From: Burkholderiales bacterium
Lineage (GTDB): Bacteria > Pseudomonadota > Gammaproteobacteria > Burkholderiales > Burkholderiaceae_C
Assembly: GCA_031376995.1 (NCBI GenBank)
Contig: JANMEO010000183.1
Location: 1-54,206, forward strand
DNA: 54,206 bases
Direction: 5' to 3'
Shown piece after piece: positions 38,198-50,154 of this stretch (position 1 is its first letter; every line of letters starts with the position of its first letter). Under the pieces are notes generated by a model. That model made no database searches, had not been told where the DNA came from, and saw only the letters and a list, made by a program, of their open reading frames with translations. Both the position numbers and the translations under genes were made by a program.

Positions 38198-38832
38198 TGT
38201 TTATCTCCAGGGGGCATGCCCAAAGGCGCATCAGCCAAAGGCACGGTAGGCTTCATTTTGATCAAGCGAACACGATCACCCCGTTTAACATGAACTTGAT
38301 CAGCGGGGTTCATACTCTTTGAGTCTTTGCGCCGTCGAAGTGTCAATGCAATCGCTGCCACAATCGCCACGAGCAAAACAACCGCTGCGATCTGTAAAGG
38401 ATAAACATAGTGTGTGTAAAGCTCGATGCCAAGCAGCTTGGTGTTGCCCATTTCGGCCACCCGTGGATCAACGGGGGCCGTGCGCACATCAAACCCAGGG
38501 ATCAGTACCAAAGCCATTTCAAGAACAATCACCACACCGACGAAAGCTGCGACCGGAAAATGCGCCCAAAAACCCGCGCGAAAAGACTCGCTGCCAATGT
38601 CCAGCATCATGACAACAAACAAAAACAAAACCATCACGGCACCCACATAAACCAAAATCAGCGTGATTGCCAAAAACTCCGCCTCGAGTAAGACCCAAAT
38701 GCAAGATGCAGAGAAAAAAGACAGCACCAAAAACAAAGCTGCGTGAACCCCGCTGCGTGCGGTGATCACGCGAAATGCAGCAAACAACAACACGGCAGAA
38801 AACAGGTAGAAAAATATTGGGGTGGTGTTCAT
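38194..38832 (-). CDS. nuoJ: NADH-quinone oxidoreductase subunit J
   Basis: 212 aa membrane subunit in operon position. Overlaps the nuoK start. Confidence 0.93.
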   Translation of the reverse strand: MNTTPIFFYLFSAVLLFAAFRVITARSGVHAALFLVLSFFSASCIWVLLEAEFLAITLILVYVGAVMVLFLFVVMMLDIGSESFRAGFWAHFPVAAFVGVVIVLEMALVLIPGFDVRTAPVDPRVAEMGNTKLLGIELYTHYVYPLQIAAVVLLVAIVAAIALTLRRRKDSKSMNPADQVHVKRGDRVRLIKMKPTVPLADAPLGMPPGDKQ

Positions 38833-38850
38833 GAGGAAGTCAGTCGCGTC

Positions 38851-39345
38851 TCAGCGGTAGGCGGAATCGGCTTTGCGGTTGGCAGCCACGTCACTTTCGT
38901 AGCGGTCACCCACAGCCAATAGCATCTCTTTCGTGAAATACAAGTCACCACGCTTTTCACCGTGGTACTCGAAAATTTGGGTCTCAACAATCGAGTCTAC
39001 TGGGCAACTCTCTTCACAAAACCCGCAAAAAATACACTTGGTTAAGTCGATGTCATAACGGGTGGTGCGGCGTGAACCATCGTCTCGAACCTCAGACTCA
39101 ATCGTGATGGCCATGGCCGGGCACACAGCTTCGCACAGCTTGCACGCAATGCATCGCTCCTCGCCATTGTCATACCGACGCAAAGCATGCAGACCCCGAA
39201 AACGTGGCGATGAAGGGGTACGCTCTTCGGGAAACTGAATCGTGACTGTGCGCGCAAAGAAATGCCGCCCTGTCAAAGCCATGCCTTTAAAAAGCTCAAG
39301 AAGCATAAAACTAGAAAATAAAAGCTTGATATGAGCGAGCGCCAT
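38851..39345 (-). CDS. nuoI: NADH-quinone oxidoreductase subunit I
   Basis: Two 4Fe-4S ferredoxin motifs, [12 protein letters not shown] and [12 protein letters not shown]. Start at ATG 39345. Confidence 0.96.
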   Translation of the reverse strand: MALAHIKLLFSSFMLLELFKGMALTGRHFFARTVTIQFPEERTPSSPRFRGLHALRRYDNGEERCIACKLCEAVCPAMAITIESEVRDDGSRRTTRYDIDLTKCIFCGFCEESCPVDSIVETQIFEYHGEKRGDLYFTKEMLLAVGDRYESDVAANRKADSAYR

Positions 39346-39366
39346 GAAAAACCTTCCTTCGTGCAA

Positions 39367-40473
39367 CTAGTTCCAGATATTCCAAGGTGACTGAATCCAC
39401 AGCCCCACCACGACCAACCACGCCAAAGAGACAGGAATGAAAATTTTCCAGCCCAGGCGCATGATTTGGTCGTAACGAAAACGAGGGAATGTCGCTCGAA
39501 CCCACAAGAAAAGCGTGCAAACCAAGAATGTTTTCCCAAACAACCAAAACCAGTTCCAAAACCACATCGACTCTTGAATCCAAACTGGCGTCGTGATGCC
39601 TAGTGCAGAGAACGAGATGGGCGCCAACCAACCGCCCAAAAACAAAAGCGCGGCAATGACAGACACAAGAATGATGTTGGCGTACTCAGCCAAAAAGAAC
39701 ATCGCAAATGACATCCCCGAGTACTCCACCATGTGCCCAGCCACAATCTCAGACTCGCCCTCCACCACGTCAAAGGGGTGGCGATTGGTCTCTGCAATGC
39801 CCGATATCACATAAACCACAAAAATCGGTAGCAGTGGAAGCCAGTTCCAACTCAGGATTGCAAGGCCAGCATCCGCAAACAGACCTTTGTCCTGCCCCAG
39901 CACGATTTGGCTGAGGTTAAGGGTGCCCGAGACCATCAATACAACCACCAAACAAAAACCCATGGCAATCTCATAGCTGACCATTTGGGCTGAAGCACGC
40001 AAAGCCCCCAGAAAAGCATATTTAGAATTCGAGGCCCAGCCTGCAACGATCACGCCATAAACCTCCATTGAAGTAATGGCCATCAAAAATAACAATCCTG
40101 CATTGATATTGGCCAGGGCGGCATCAGGGCCAAAGGGCACCACCGCCCAAGCAGCCAGGGCCGGCATGATCGTCATCACTGGAGCGAGCAAAAAAAGGCC
40201 CTTGCTCGCGGCTGAAGGAACAATGATTTCCTTGAATACCAACTTGATGGCATCGGCAATGGGTTGCAATAAGCCCCAAGGCCCGACTCGGTTGGGGCCT
40301 TGACGGATTTGCGTCCAGGCAATGGCTTTTCGCTCCCAAAGGGTTAAATAAGCCACACAAATCATGAGTGGCAACACCAGCGCCACAATCTTGAGCAAGG
40401 TCCACAGGACGGTCCAAGCCGAACCAAAGGTGCTGCCGCCCCAGACTTGGAAGCTATGCATGAGTTCAATCAT
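39367..40473 (-). CDS. nuoH: NADH-quinone oxidoreductase subunit H
   Basis: Polytopic subunit with [25 protein letters not shown]. Start at ATG 40473. Confidence 0.96.
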   Translation of the reverse strand: MIELMHSFQVWGGSTFGSAWTVLWTLLKIVALVLPLMICVAYLTLWERKAIAWTQIRQGPNRVGPWGLLQPIADAIKLVFKEIIVPSAASKGLFLLAPVMTIMPALAAWAVVPFGPDAALANINAGLLFLMAITSMEVYGVIVAGWASNSKYAFLGALRASAQMVSYEIAMGFCLVVVLMVSGTLNLSQIVLGQDKGLFADAGLAILSWNWLPLLPIFVVYVISGIAETNRHPFDVVEGESEIVAGHMVEYSGMSFAMFFLAEYANIILVSVIAALLFLGGWLAPISFSALGITTPVWIQESMWFWNWFWLFGKTFLVCTLFLWVRATFPRFRYDQIMRLGWKIFIPVSLAWLVVVGLWIQSPWNIWN

Positions 40474-40480
40474 TGACGTC

Positions 40481-42814
40481 TCAGGCCTTCTCAACAGAAA
40501 CAGGGCCAAACAATGGGCCCAACATGCAAGTCGCTGGGAGACCTGCGGGCACGCGCACGGCTTGAGGCGCTAAAGTTGAATCGCATTGAACAGGCAAAAT
40601 CACTTCAGACTTGTTTTGCTTGATGCGCACTGAGCCGCCCTCCATAAGACCCAAGCTTGCCCAAACAGCCTTTGAAACGCTCACCACACTTGAGCGTGCG
40701 TCAGCGCAGAGTTGCAGCGAAGTTGCGCGCCTTACCAGGCTGTCGGTAGCATAAATAGGCACATCGGATAAACGCTCTAACCGATCTGCCGCAAAAAGCT
40801 CAGCTGGCACAGGTTGTGACCCCACAGAAGGCCGGTTGCTCAAGCGCAAAGAAAAACTGTCCCGGTCTCCCAGCGCTGCCTCACAAACCTGCTCGGAAGT
40901 GTCGAAAGCAAAATCTGACGTGCAAAGCATGCCACCCAGCACACGCAAAACCTTCCAGGCTGGACGGGTCTCGCCAAGAGGCTTGACCACGCCTTGAAAG
41001 CTTTGGACCCTCCCCTCTGCATTAATGAAGGTGCCCGAGGTCTCGGTGAATGGAGAGATCGGCAAGATCACATCAGCGTAGTCGACAACCCCCCCCTTGA
41101 AGGGACTCAAGGCCACAACCATCTCGGCAGCTTGCAAACCCTGTATCGCCGCCATACCATCCGCAAAATCCAAAGCAGGCTCAACATTGAGCAACACAAC
41201 CGCCTTGAGCACGCCACTCAGCATTTGCTGCACATGCAAACCACCATTGCGCGGCAATGCATCGACCCACTGGGCCCCCACTGCGTTAGCAGCCTCTGTG
41301 AGATAGCCCACGCTCGCTTGCGTGTGCTCACCGATCCAATGGGCCAAACGTAATAAGCAAGCTGCTTGAGGATGATGAGCCGCTGCGTTGCCCAATAGCA
41401 CAGCCTTGTTCTCGCCACTGAGAAGCGATAAAGCAATGGCTTGCGCAGCAGCTGAAGGCGCAACGAGCGACGGCGATGGCAAGCCCTTGATCTGCGCAAT
41501 AGCACTGACCACTTCGGCCAGAGCCCGTGGCCAGTCGCTCGGTGTGGCGGTGAGGGACTCACCGATCGGCATCAGCCAGTTGTCTGCAACGGCTTGAAGT
41601 CGGTGAACTTGGGCGCCTTTGCGGGCAGCCTGGCGAATACGCTGTGCGAACAAAGGATGGTCTTTGCGCAAAAAAGAACCGATCACAAACACCCGCTGCA
41701 GCCCAGATAAGGATGCAATGGACGTCCCCAACCAGCGCGCGGTTGATGCATCGCCCACGTTGCCAAAGTCAGCGTGGCGCAGGCGGTAATCGATGTTATC
41801 GCTGCCCAAGCCGCGAATCAACTCAGCCAGCAGATGCAACTCTTCAACGGTGCTGTGCGGGGCTGCGAGGGCGCCAATGCTCTGTGGCCCGTGATGGAGC
41901 TTGATTTGCTTCAAGCCATTGGCAACAAACTCTAGGGCTGTACCCCAATCGACCGTTTTCCACTCCCCTGCCTGCTTGATTTGGGGTGAGGTCAAGCGAT
42001 CGTCGGCATGCAAACCCTCATAAGAAAATCGGTCTCGGTCAGCAATCCAGCACTCATTGACCAACTCATTTTCAAAGGGCACAACGCGCATCACCTGGTT
42101 GGCCTTGACCTGCACCACCAAATTGCTTCCGGTGCTGTCATGGGGGCTGATGCTCTTGCGTCGAGAAAGCTCCCAAGTTCTGGCGCTATAGCGAAATGGC
42201 TTGCTGGTTAGCGCACCGACAGGGCAAATGTCAATCATGTTGCCCGATAGCTCTGAATCAATGGTAGTCCCTGCAACGGTAGTGATCTCAGAATGCTCAC
42301 CGCGGTGAATCATGCCAAGCTCCATCACGCCAGCAACTTCTTGGCCAAAGCGCACGCAGCGGGTGCAGTGGATGCAGCGGCTCATCTCCTGCATAGAAAT
42401 TAAGGGCCCCACTTGTTTTTGAAAGACAACGCGCTTTTCTTCAGAATAGCGTGAAGTTGAGCCGCCATATCCGACCGCCAAATCTTGCAACTGGCACTCG
42501 CCGCCTTGATCACAAATGGGGCAGTCAAGCGGATGATTAATGAGCAAAAACTCCATCACACTTTGCTGAGCTTTAATCACTCGATCGCTCTTGGTGCGGA
42601 CGATCATCCCCTGCGTCACGGGCGTAGCACAAGCCGGTAAAGGCTTGGGTGCCTTCTCAACGTCAACAAGGCACATTCGACAATTGGCGGCAATCGAAAG
42701 TTTTTTGTGATAGCAGAAATGCGGAATGTAGACACCCGCTGCCTCGGCAGCATGCATGACCATGCTGCCTTCAAGCACCTCGACCTTTTTACCATCCAGT
42801 TCAATTTCAATCAT
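40481..42814 (-). CDS. nuoG: NADH-quinone oxidoreductase subunit G
   Basis: 777 aa with an N-terminal 2Fe-2S domain plus 4Fe-4S Cys clusters and a molybdopterin-like domain. Confidence 0.96.
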   Translation of the reverse strand: MIEIELDGKKVEVLEGSMVMHAAEAAGVYIPHFCYHKKLSIAANCRMCLVDVEKAPKPLPACATPVTQGMIVRTKSDRVIKAQQSVMEFLLINHPLDCPICDQGGECQLQDLAVGYGGSTSRYSEEKRVVFQKQVGPLISMQEMSRCIHCTRCVRFGQEVAGVMELGMIHRGEHSEITTVAGTTIDSELSGNMIDICPVGALTSKPFRYSARTWELSRRKSISPHDSTGSNLVVQVKANQVMRVVPFENELVNECWIADRDRFSYEGLHADDRLTSPQIKQAGEWKTVDWGTALEFVANGLKQIKLHHGPQSIGALAAPHSTVEELHLLAELIRGLGSDNIDYRLRHADFGNVGDASTARWLGTSIASLSGLQRVFVIGSFLRKDHPLFAQRIRQAARKGAQVHRLQAVADNWLMPIGESLTATPSDWPRALAEVVSAIAQIKGLPSPSLVAPSAAAQAIALSLLSGENKAVLLGNAAAHHPQAACLLRLAHWIGEHTQASVGYLTEAANAVGAQWVDALPRNGGLHVQQMLSGVLKAVVLLNVEPALDFADGMAAIQGLQAAEMVVALSPFKGGVVDYADVILPISPFTETSGTFINAEGRVQSFQGVVKPLGETRPAWKVLRVLGGMLCTSDFAFDTSEQVCEAALGDRDSFSLRLSNRPSVGSQPVPAELFAADRLERLSDVPIYATDSLVRRATSLQLCADARSSVVSVSKAVWASLGLMEGGSVRIKQNKSEVILPVQCDSTLAPQAVRVPAGLPATCMLGPLFGPVSVEKA

Positions 42815-44154
42815 GCAGGCTCCACGACCAGGGGTGTCTTGTGGTGAATCAGATGCTCAAACTCACCCCTGAAGTGTTTGATCATGGCGCGTACCGGCAT
42901 GGCGGCAGCATCACCCAATGCGCAAATGGTGCGTCCCTGGATATTGTCGGCCACCGAGTTCAGCAGATCGATATCCTCTGGGCGACCTTGGCCATGGGCA
43001 ATGCGCTCGACCAAGCGAAAGAGCCAGCCCGTGCCCTCACGACAAGGCGTGCACTGCCCGCAGCTCTCATGCATATAAAAATAGGACAAGCGCATCAGGC
43101 TTTTGACCATACAGCGTGATTCATCCATCACGATGACAGCCCCCGAGCCCAACATGGAACCGGCTTTTGCAATGCTGTCATAGTCCATGGTGACCTCCAT
43201 CATGACGGAGGCAGGTAAAACGGGCGAAGATGATCCACCTGGAATCACAGCCTTGAGCTTGTGCCCTTGCCGCACACCACCGGCCAGCTCAAGCAGCATT
43301 GGAAACGGTGTCCCCATCGGGACTTCGTAATTTCCCGGACGCACAACATCACCCGACACAGAGTAAATTTTCGTACCGCCATTGTTGGGCTTACCCACGT
43401 CAAGGTAGGCTTGACCGCCATGTCGAATAATCCAGGGTACCGCAGCAAATGTCTCCGTGTTGTTGATGGTGGTCGGTTTGCCGTAAAGGCCATAACTGGC
43501 GGGAAAAGGCGGCTTGAAACGAGGCTGTCCTTTTTTGCCCTCAAGAGACTCCAACAGGGCCGTCTCTTCGCCACAAATGTAAGCGCCGAAGCCATGGGTT
43601 GCATGAAGCTGAAAACTGAATGCAGAGCCTTGGATATTGGCACCTAAAAACCCCGCAGCACGCGCCTCATCGAGTGCAGATTCAAACCGCTCGTAAGCGT
43701 CAAAGATCTCGCCGTGGATATAGTTGTAGCCTGTCGAAATGCCCATGGCATACGCAGCAATCGCCATGCCCTCGATGACCGCATGCGGGTTGTACACCAA
43801 GATATCTCGATCCTTGCAGGTACCTGGCTCACCTTCATCTGAATTGCAAACCAAGTACTTGGGGCCAGGAAATTGACGTGGCATGAAACTCCACTTCAAA
43901 CCTGTTGGGAAACCAGCCCCACCTCGCCCCCGCAATCCGGAAGTTTTCACTTCGATAATCACTTGGTCGGGTGTTAAACCGGGACCGCCATCGAGGCCTA
44001 AAATTTTACGCAGGGCTTGATAGCCGCCCCTTGAAACGTAATCACTGAGGGTCCAATTGAGGCCATCAAGCCCTTTGAGAATTTGGGGTTCCAAGTGGCG
44101 ACCATGAAAACACGTCTGCTGCCCCGTGGCTTTGAACATTGAAAGATCGAGCAT
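42811..44154 (-). CDS. nuoF: NADH-quinone oxidoreductase subunit F
   Basis: FMN/NADH-binding motifs [13 protein letters not shown] and [12 protein letters not shown]. Start at ATG 44154. Confidence 0.96.
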   Translation of the reverse strand: MLDLSMFKATGQQTCFHGRHLEPQILKGLDGLNWTLSDYVSRGGYQALRKILGLDGGPGLTPDQVIIEVKTSGLRGRGGAGFPTGLKWSFMPRQFPGPKYLVCNSDEGEPGTCKDRDILVYNPHAVIEGMAIAAYAMGISTGYNYIHGEIFDAYERFESALDEARAAGFLGANIQGSAFSFQLHATHGFGAYICGEETALLESLEGKKGQPRFKPPFPASYGLYGKPTTINNTETFAAVPWIIRHGGQAYLDVGKPNNGGTKIYSVSGDVVRPGNYEVPMGTPFPMLLELAGGVRQGHKLKAVIPGGSSSPVLPASVMMEVTMDYDSIAKAGSMLGSGAVIVMDESRCMVKSLMRLSYFYMHESCGQCTPCREGTGWLFRLVERIAHGQGRPEDIDLLNSVADNIQGRTICALGDAAAMPVRAMIKHFRGEFEHLIHHKTPLVVEPA

Positions 44155-44177
44155 GAAAAGACCTTGTGACTGAATGC

Positions 44178-44681
44178 TTAAAGGGTATTGGCCGGCGCCT
44201 TGAGCAAAATCATCAACTCGTCCAGCCGATCTCGATTCATGAAGCTGCACATCTGCCGGTCGTTGACCAAAAGCACAGGTGCGTCTGCACACGCCCCTAG
44301 ACATTCACTTTTTTGCACGGTAATGCGGCCGTCACTGGTGGTGCCGCCCTCGTCCACCCCCAACTGGCTGCAAAGATGCATCAGTGCTTTTTGCCCATGG
44401 CGCAGTTGACAGGGTAAATTGGTGCAGACATTGATCTTGTACTGGCCCAACTTTCGTTGGTTGTACATGTTGTAAAAAGTCGTGACCTCATGCACAGCAA
44501 TCGGTGGCATGCCGAGATAGTCAGCAACGAACTTTTCGCTTTCGGGGGAGACGAAACCAAGCTCTTGCTGCACGATGGACAAGCAAGCCATAACCGCTGA
44601 TTGCTTGTGCTGTGCGGGATACTTGGCCACTTCGCGAGCAAATCGCGCCTGCATTGCTTCAGAAATAATGGGCAAACTCAC
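44178..44681 (-). CDS. nuoE: NADH-quinone oxidoreductase subunit E
   Basis: 167 aa thioredoxin-like 2Fe-2S subunit (CTNLPC ... CLGACADAP). Confidence 0.96.
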   Translation of the reverse strand: MSLPIISEAMQARFAREVAKYPAQHKQSAVMACLSIVQQELGFVSPESEKFVADYLGMPPIAVHEVTTFYNMYNQRKLGQYKINVCTNLPCQLRHGQKALMHLCSQLGVDEGGTTSDGRITVQKSECLGACADAPVLLVNDRQMCSFMNRDRLDELMILLKAPANTL

Positions 44682-45931
44682 CGGTCGATCTCCCCAAACA
44701 CGATATCCATGGTGCCAATCACGGCCACCGCATCAGCAATCATGTGTCCGCGAGACATTTCATCCAGTGCAGCGAGGTGGGCAAAACCTGGAGCGCGAAT
44801 TTTGAGGCGATAGGGCTTGTTAGCCCCATCGCTCACCAAATAAATACCAAACTCTCCCTTAGGGTGCTCGACAGCAGCATAAGCCTCACCTTCAGGCACG
44901 TGAAAGCCTTCAGTAAACAGCTTAAAGTGGTGAATCAACTCTTCCATGCTCGTCTTCATTTCAAGACGTGAGGGCGGTGCGACCGTGTGATTGCTGGTAA
45001 TGACCGGACCTGGATGGGCACGCAGCCAAGCAATGCATTGTTGGATGAGGTGGTTAGATTGACGCATCTCTTCAATGCGAACCAGATAACGGTCATAGGT
45101 ATCGCCGTTCACACCCACCGGTACATCAAAATCCAAATGCGCATAGACATCGTAGGGTTGCGTCTTGCGCAAATCCCAGGCAATGCCTGATCCTCTGAGC
45201 ATCGGGCCTGTGAATCCCAGGTTGAGGGCGCGCTCGGGTGCCACCACGCCAACGCCCACTGTGCGCTGCTTCCAAATGCGATTGTCTGTCAGCAAAGTCT
45301 CGTAGTCATCCACACAGGCTGGAAAGCGCTTGGTAAAATCATCGATGAAATCAAGCAAAGACCCTTGCCGATTTTCATTCATGCGCGCAGCGCTTTGGGC
45401 CTTGCGAACTTTTGAGGTCTTGTATTGCGGCATCGTGTCTGGCAAGTCGCGGTACACCCCACCGGGACGAAAATACGCTGCGTGCATGCGAGCCCCTGAT
45501 ACGGCCTCATACATGTCGAAGAGGTCTTCGCGCTCACGGAAGCAATAAATAAAAATATTCATCGCGCCGCAATCTAGGCCGTGACAACCCAACCAAAGCA
45601 AGTGATTGAGAAGCCGGGTGATTTCGCTGAACATCACGCGAATGTACTGCGCACGCACAGGCACATCAACACCCAGAAGCTTCTCAATGGCCAAGCAATA
45701 GGCATGCTCATTGCACATCATGGATACATAATCGAGACGATCCATGTAGGGCAGAGACTGAATGAACGTCTTACTTTCTGCCAACTTTTCAGTCGCTCGG
45801 TGCAGCAGCCCGATATGCGGGTCTGCGCGCTGGATCACCTCACCGTCGAGCTCTAGCACCAAACGCAAAACGCCATGCGCTGCAGGGTGCTGGGGGCCAA
45901 AATTGAGCGTGTAGTTCTTGATTTCAGCCAT
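44678..45931 (-). CDS. nuoD: NADH-quinone oxidoreductase subunit D
   Basis: 417 aa with [15 protein letters not shown]. Confidence 0.97.
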   Translation of the reverse strand: MAEIKNYTLNFGPQHPAAHGVLRLVLELDGEVIQRADPHIGLLHRATEKLAESKTFIQSLPYMDRLDYVSMMCNEHAYCLAIEKLLGVDVPVRAQYIRVMFSEITRLLNHLLWLGCHGLDCGAMNIFIYCFREREDLFDMYEAVSGARMHAAYFRPGGVYRDLPDTMPQYKTSKVRKAQSAARMNENRQGSLLDFIDDFTKRFPACVDDYETLLTDNRIWKQRTVGVGVVAPERALNLGFTGPMLRGSGIAWDLRKTQPYDVYAHLDFDVPVGVNGDTYDRYLVRIEEMRQSNHLIQQCIAWLRAHPGPVITSNHTVAPPSRLEMKTSMEELIHHFKLFTEGFHVPEGEAYAAVEHPKGEFGIYLVSDGANKPYRLKIRAPGFAHLAALDEMSRGHMIADAVAVIGTMDIVFGEIDR

Positions 45932-45971
45932 GGTTATTTAACCTGAATCTTGTGCAGAGGAATCAAGGACA

Positions 45972-46568
45972 TCAGTGCAAGCCACCATAGTCATCTTCGC
46001 GGATGATGCGCGGGGTGATCTCACGGGGCTCAATAGAGACCGGCTGATAGATCACACGCTTTTGCTCGGGGTCATAGCGCATTTCAACGTGACCCGAGGT
46101 CGGAAAGTCTTTACGAAATGGGTGACCGATGAAGCCGTAGTCGGTCAAAATGCGACGTAGATCGAGGTGACCCTCAAAAATGATACCGAACAAGTCAAAA
46201 GCCTCTCGTTCGAACCAGTTGACGCTGCTCCATACCTCAGTCAACGAAGCCACTGTTGGCAAATCGTCGTCAGGGCAAAATACTTTCAGGCGCACACGCC
46301 AGTTGTGCGTCACAGACAACAGATGAGATACCACGCAAAACCGCGGGCCAGCCCAGGGCCTGTCTTTGTAGTGAGCGTAGTCAACCCCACATAAATCGAT
46401 ATTTTGCTCAAACCTGAGCTGGTCGTGGTCGCGAAGGGTGCGAGCCACTGCAAGGTAGTGGGTGGCGCTGACGCACAAGGTGATTTCGCCACGCTGCAAC
46501 TGCAAACTGCTGACCTGAGAGCCAAGAATAGTTTCAAGCTGGGCTTGAAGCGTTGAGAGTCGGGTCAT
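45972..46568 (-). CDS. nuoC: NADH-quinone oxidoreductase subunit C
   Basis: 198 aa with [17 protein letters not shown]. Confidence 0.96.
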   Translation of the reverse strand: MTRLSTLQAQLETILGSQVSSLQLQRGEITLCVSATHYLAVARTLRDHDQLRFEQNIDLCGVDYAHYKDRPWAGPRFCVVSHLLSVTHNWRVRLKVFCPDDDLPTVASLTEVWSSVNWFEREAFDLFGIIFEGHLDLRRILTDYGFIGHPFRKDFPTSGHVEMRYDPEQKRVIYQPVSIEPREITPRIIREDDYGGLH

Positions 46569-46580
46569 GGCGTGATACTT

Positions 46581-47057
46581 TCAGCGGGCAATGGTATTTT
46601 CTCTGCGAATCTTCGCCTGCAACTGCAGCACCCCATAGAGCAAGGCTTCAGCCGTTGGCGGGCAGCCCGGCACATAGATATCGACGGGCACAATACGGTC
46701 ACAACCTCGCACCACCGAGTAACTGTAGTGATAGTAGCCCCCGCCATTGGCACATGAGCCCATGCTGATCACCCAGCGAGGCTCAGCCATTTGGTCGTAG
46801 ACCTTGCGAAGTGCGGGCGCCATCTTGTTGCAAAGGGTGCCGGCCACGATCATCAAATCGCTTTGGCGGGGACTGGGCCGAAACAACATGCCAAAGCGGT
46901 CCATGTCGTAGCGCGCCGCCCCAGCATGCATCATCTCGACGGCACAGCACGCCAAACCAAACGTCATTGGCCACAAAGAACCTGTCTTTGACCAGTTGAT
47001 GAGGGTGTCGACGCTGGTGGTGACAAACCCCTCTTTCAATACGCCTTCAATGCCCAT
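46581..47057 (-). CDS. nuoB: NADH-quinone oxidoreductase subunit B
   Basis: 158 aa with [17 protein letters not shown] and GCPP. Confidence 0.97.
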   Translation of the reverse strand: MGIEGVLKEGFVTTSVDTLINWSKTGSLWPMTFGLACCAVEMMHAGAARYDMDRFGMLFRPSPRQSDLMIVAGTLCNKMAPALRKVYDQMAEPRWVISMGSCANGGGYYHYSYSVVRGCDRIVPVDIYVPGCPPTAEALLYGVLQLQAKIRRENTIAR

Positions 47058-47066
47058 GTTGTGACC

Positions 47067-47426
47067 TCACTCCCAATCTAGGGCGCCTTTTTTCCACTCA
47101 TACACAAACCCCACAACCAAGATACCCAAGAAAACCATCATGGCCCAAAAGCCAACTGGGCCAATCTGCTTGAGCGAGATGGCCCAGGGAAACAGAAAAG
47201 CGATTTCCAGATCAAACAAAATGAAGAGAATGGCGACCAAGTAGTACCGCACGTCAAACTTCATTCGAGCATCTTCAAAGGCCTCGAAACCGCACTCATA
47301 GGGAGAATTTTTGGCGGCATCAGGGCGATGAGGGCCCATGATGAATCCGATCACTTGAGGAGCCACCCCAACGCCAACCCCCACCAAAATGAAAAGAAGG
47401 ATGGGCAGATACTCGTTGAGATTCAT
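47067..47426 (-). CDS. nuoA: NADH-quinone oxidoreductase subunit A
   Basis: 119 aa from [16 protein letters not shown], with SPYECGF. Start at ATG 47426. Confidence 0.95.
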   Translation of the reverse strand: MNLNEYLPILLFILVGVGVGVAPQVIGFIMGPHRPDAAKNSPYECGFEAFEDARMKFDVRYYLVAILFILFDLEIAFLFPWAISLKQIGPVGFWAMMVFLGILVVGFVYEWKKGALDWE

Positions 47427-47502
47427 AAAGTTGCGCCGCCTTATGATGATCGCTGCAGACAAGCCCTGCAACTTTAGAGAGGGGTCTCTTTGAAAAAATT
47501 TT

Positions 47503-47587
47503 TGGTGCCGACGGCGAGACTCGAACTCGCACAGCTTTCGCCACTACCCCCTCAAGATAGCGTGTCTACCAATTTCACCACGTCGGC
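47503..47587 (-). tRNA. tRNA-Leu (anticodon GAG)
   Basis: Manual fold of the reverse complement: acceptor GCCGACG/CGTCGGC, anticodon arm CTATC-TTGAGGG-GGTAG, long variable arm, T arm GCGAG-TTCGAGT-CTCGC, discriminator A, encoded CCA. Confidence 0.92.
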
Positions 47588-47787
47588 ACAGAAAGGATGT
47601 TGACCATTGGCTCGAAAAACAACGGCTGAACCCTCAAAGAAAGCCTTAAGTTGTCAATCACTGAAAGGCCCCGAAACTGGGCATCAAACAGCCTCCTATT
47701 CTAACCCTAAACTCAGAGCAATTCACTCAACGCCCCCACCAAAACCACACTGCACGCTCGAAAACACATGCCTTGTCACGCGCAAGA

Positions 47788-48249
47788 TTACTTTGAGGCA
47801 GCGGGTGCAGGAGCAATGGGGGCAACATCCAAGGTCAATGTAGGAGCAGATGCTGATGCTGATGCAGGAACAGCGACAGGGACCGGGACAGCGCTTGGCA
47901 AAACTGGCGCCTGCACCGCGGCCGCAGAGGCCCCGGAGGCTGATGTTAGGCTGGCAGGAGACGCAACTGGCATCGCGCTGTCAAGAATGCTTTCTGTCTC
48001 GCCAGGCTTGACACTGTGAGCAAAAAAGGCCAACGCCAGGGTGCAAGCAAAAAAGACAGCAGCGCACACCGCCGTTGAACGTGATAGGAAGTTGGCGCTG
48101 CCTGTGGCCCCAAACAAACTCCCCGAAGAACCACCGCCAAACGAGGCGCCCATGTCTGCGCCCTTGCCCTGCTGTAACAACACCAAACCCACAATGGCGA
48201 TCCCCGCCAAAATCTGAATCACCACCATCAAATTTGTTAACCAGCTCAT
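47788..48249 (-). CDS. secG: Preprotein translocase subunit SecG with an extended Ala/Pro/Ser-rich C-terminal tail
   Basis: N-terminal SecG core LLQQGKGADMGASFGGGSSGSLFGATGSANFLSR and a second TM helix, followed by a low-complexity tail of about 70 aa. Confidence 0.9.
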   Translation of the reverse strand: MSWLTNLMVVIQILAGIAIVGLVLLQQGKGADMGASFGGGSSGSLFGATGSANFLSRSTAVCAAVFFACTLALAFFAHSVKPGETESILDSAMPVASPASLTSASGASAAAVQAPVLPSAVPVPVAVPASASASAPTLTLDVAPIAPAPAASK

Positions 48250-48275
48250 GTCTCATTCACTCCAGGGTCTAGGGG

Positions 48276-49016
48276 TTAAGCAGCAGCGCGCGCAATCGCC
48301 AAAAAGTCATTGGCCCTCAGCGAGGCACCTCCGATCAGGCCACCATCAATGTCGGCTTGCGCAAAAATTGACTTCGCATTATCAGGGCTCAAACTGCCGC
48401 CATAAATAAGGCGCATGTGGTTGGCATGTGGGGTGGCCGCAGCCAGCTGCGCCCTCAAGACTGCGTGCACCTCTTGGGCCTGTTCAGGCAAGGCCGTGCG
48501 ACCCGTGCCAATGGCCCACACCGGCTCATAAGCAATCACAATTTGCGATACGCACTGACCCAGCGTGTGAATCACCGCAGACAACTGGCGCTTGACCACT
48601 TCTGTGGTTTGCCCACCCTCACGCTGCGCAAGGGTTTCACCCACGCAGACAATAGGAACGAGACCCTGTGCCAAAGCCATTTTGGCCTTGTCTGCCACAA
48701 GCTGGTCTGATTCAGCATGCCGAGCACGACGCTCTGAATGACCCAGAATGACCCAATCGCAACCCAGCTCGCGCAACATCACGGCAGCCACTTCACCGGT
48801 AAATGCGCCGGGCTCATGGGCTGAGCAATCTTGCCCACCCCAAGTGACTTTGCTACCTTTCAGGGCTGAAGCCACATCAGCCAGATAAACCGCTGGCGGG
48901 CAAACAGCCAGGTCACAATCCAAGCCCGAACCCTCTCGAACTGCCGCTAACAAAGCGCTGTTGGCGGCGCGGCTGCCATTCATTTTCCAATTCCCCACCA
49001 CCAAGGGTCGACGCAT
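48276..49016 (-). CDS. tpiA: Triose-phosphate isomerase
   Basis: Starts MRRPLVVGNWKMNGS, with active-site motifs ILGHSERR and AYEPVWAIGTG. Start at ATG 49016. Confidence 0.96.
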   Translation of the reverse strand: MRRPLVVGNWKMNGSRAANSALLAAVREGSGLDCDLAVCPPAVYLADVASALKGSKVTWGGQDCSAHEPGAFTGEVAAVMLRELGCDWVILGHSERRARHAESDQLVADKAKMALAQGLVPIVCVGETLAQREGGQTTEVVKRQLSAVIHTLGQCVSQIVIAYEPVWAIGTGRTALPEQAQEVHAVLRAQLAAATPHANHMRLIYGGSLSPDNAKSIFAQADIDGGLIGGASLRANDFLAIARAAA

Positions 49017-49101
49017 TGACAAGCCTCCTTTTAAACCTCTGTCACCTAACAAACCGTTCATGTCTTTTGCACCTGAACCAACAGCCCGCCTGAGCAGCGA
49101 G

Positions 49102-50094
49102 CTACCAAATAAGAACCAATTTACCGATATGCCGATTGGACTCCATCAAAGCATGCGCATCCGCGGCTTTGTCTGCTGCAAAACTTTGAAACAACACGGG
49201 TTTCAATTTTTGCGCCGCCACCCAAGGCCAAACATTCGTCTTGACGGCTTGCGCCAATTGCGACTTGAAAGCAAGAGAGCGTGCACGCAAAGTGGAGCCC
49301 GTGACGACCAGGCGACGACGCAACACAGCGCCAATATCGAGCTGGGCCTTCGTGCCGCCTTGTGCGGCAATCAACACCAAGCGGCCATCTTCAGCCAGGC
49401 AAGCCAGCTCCCGAGACACGTAGTCACCCGCGACCATGTCAAGGATCACGTCGACGCCATGCCCGTTTGTGAATTGCAAGGCTTGCATCGAAAAATCTTG
49501 CTCTCGGTAAAGGATCGCATGGTCGGCCCCCAAAGCCAAGCAGGCCTGTGCCTTCTCGGTAGACCCGACTGTCACAAGCACTCGAGCTCCCCACGCCTTG
49601 GCCATCTGAATGGCCGTGACACCAATGCCGCTACTGCCACCCTGAATCAGAAGGGTTTCACCAGGTTGCAATGCACCCCGTTGAAAGACGTTGGACCAGA
49701 CTGTGAAGCAGGCTTCAGGTAAGCAAGCAGCCTGGGCATGACTCAAACCAGCAGGAATCGGCAAGCACTGGCCCACGGGCGCCACGCAATATTGGGCATA
49801 ACCGCCACCCGAGACCAGGGCGCAAACAGGGTCACCCACTCGCCACCCCCATGCATCCAAATCACGCTGATGGCCCGCAATCACGGTGCCAGCGACCTCC
49901 AGACCCGGGATATCAGAAGCCCCCGGGGGAGGTGCATAGTACCCCTTGCGCTGCAAAACATCAGGGCGATTGATGCCACTGGCCGCCACCGAAATAAGCA
50001 ACTCGCCATCGCCGGGCACAGGCTTTAAACGCTGCGCCAAACGCAAGACATTGGGCACCCCAAAGGCCTGGATCTCAATGACATTCATGGGCAT
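49102..50094 (-). CDS. qor: NAD(P)H:quinone oxidoreductase (zeta-crystallin/PIG3-like MDR family)
   Basis: 330 aa with GINRPDVLQRKGYYAPPPGASDIPGLEVAG and LIQGGSSGIG. Confidence 0.85.
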   Translation of the reverse strand: MPMNVIEIQAFGVPNVLRLAQRLKPVPGDGELLISVAASGINRPDVLQRKGYYAPPPGASDIPGLEVAGTVIAGHQRDLDAWGWRVGDPVCALVSGGGYAQYCVAPVGQCLPIPAGLSHAQAACLPEACFTVWSNVFQRGALQPGETLLIQGGSSGIGVTAIQMAKAWGARVLVTVGSTEKAQACLALGADHAILYREQDFSMQALQFTNGHGVDVILDMVAGDYVSRELACLAEDGRLVLIAAQGGTKAQLDIGAVLRRRLVVTGSTLRARSLAFKSQLAQAVKTNVWPWVAAQKLKPVLFQSFAADKAADAHALMESNRHIGKLVLIW

Positions 50095-50154
50095 GGGCAG
50101 ACACTGGGCAGCATGGGTGAACCCATCGACGCAACAGCCAGACTCAAACGTTGC

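Noticed and set aside
47588-47787. 200-bp gap between secG and tRNA-Leu, inspected for an sRNA or extra tRNA
   Set aside because: I could see no cloverleaf, no convincing stem-loop followed by a U-tract, and no ORF. It is most likely just the tRNA promoter region.
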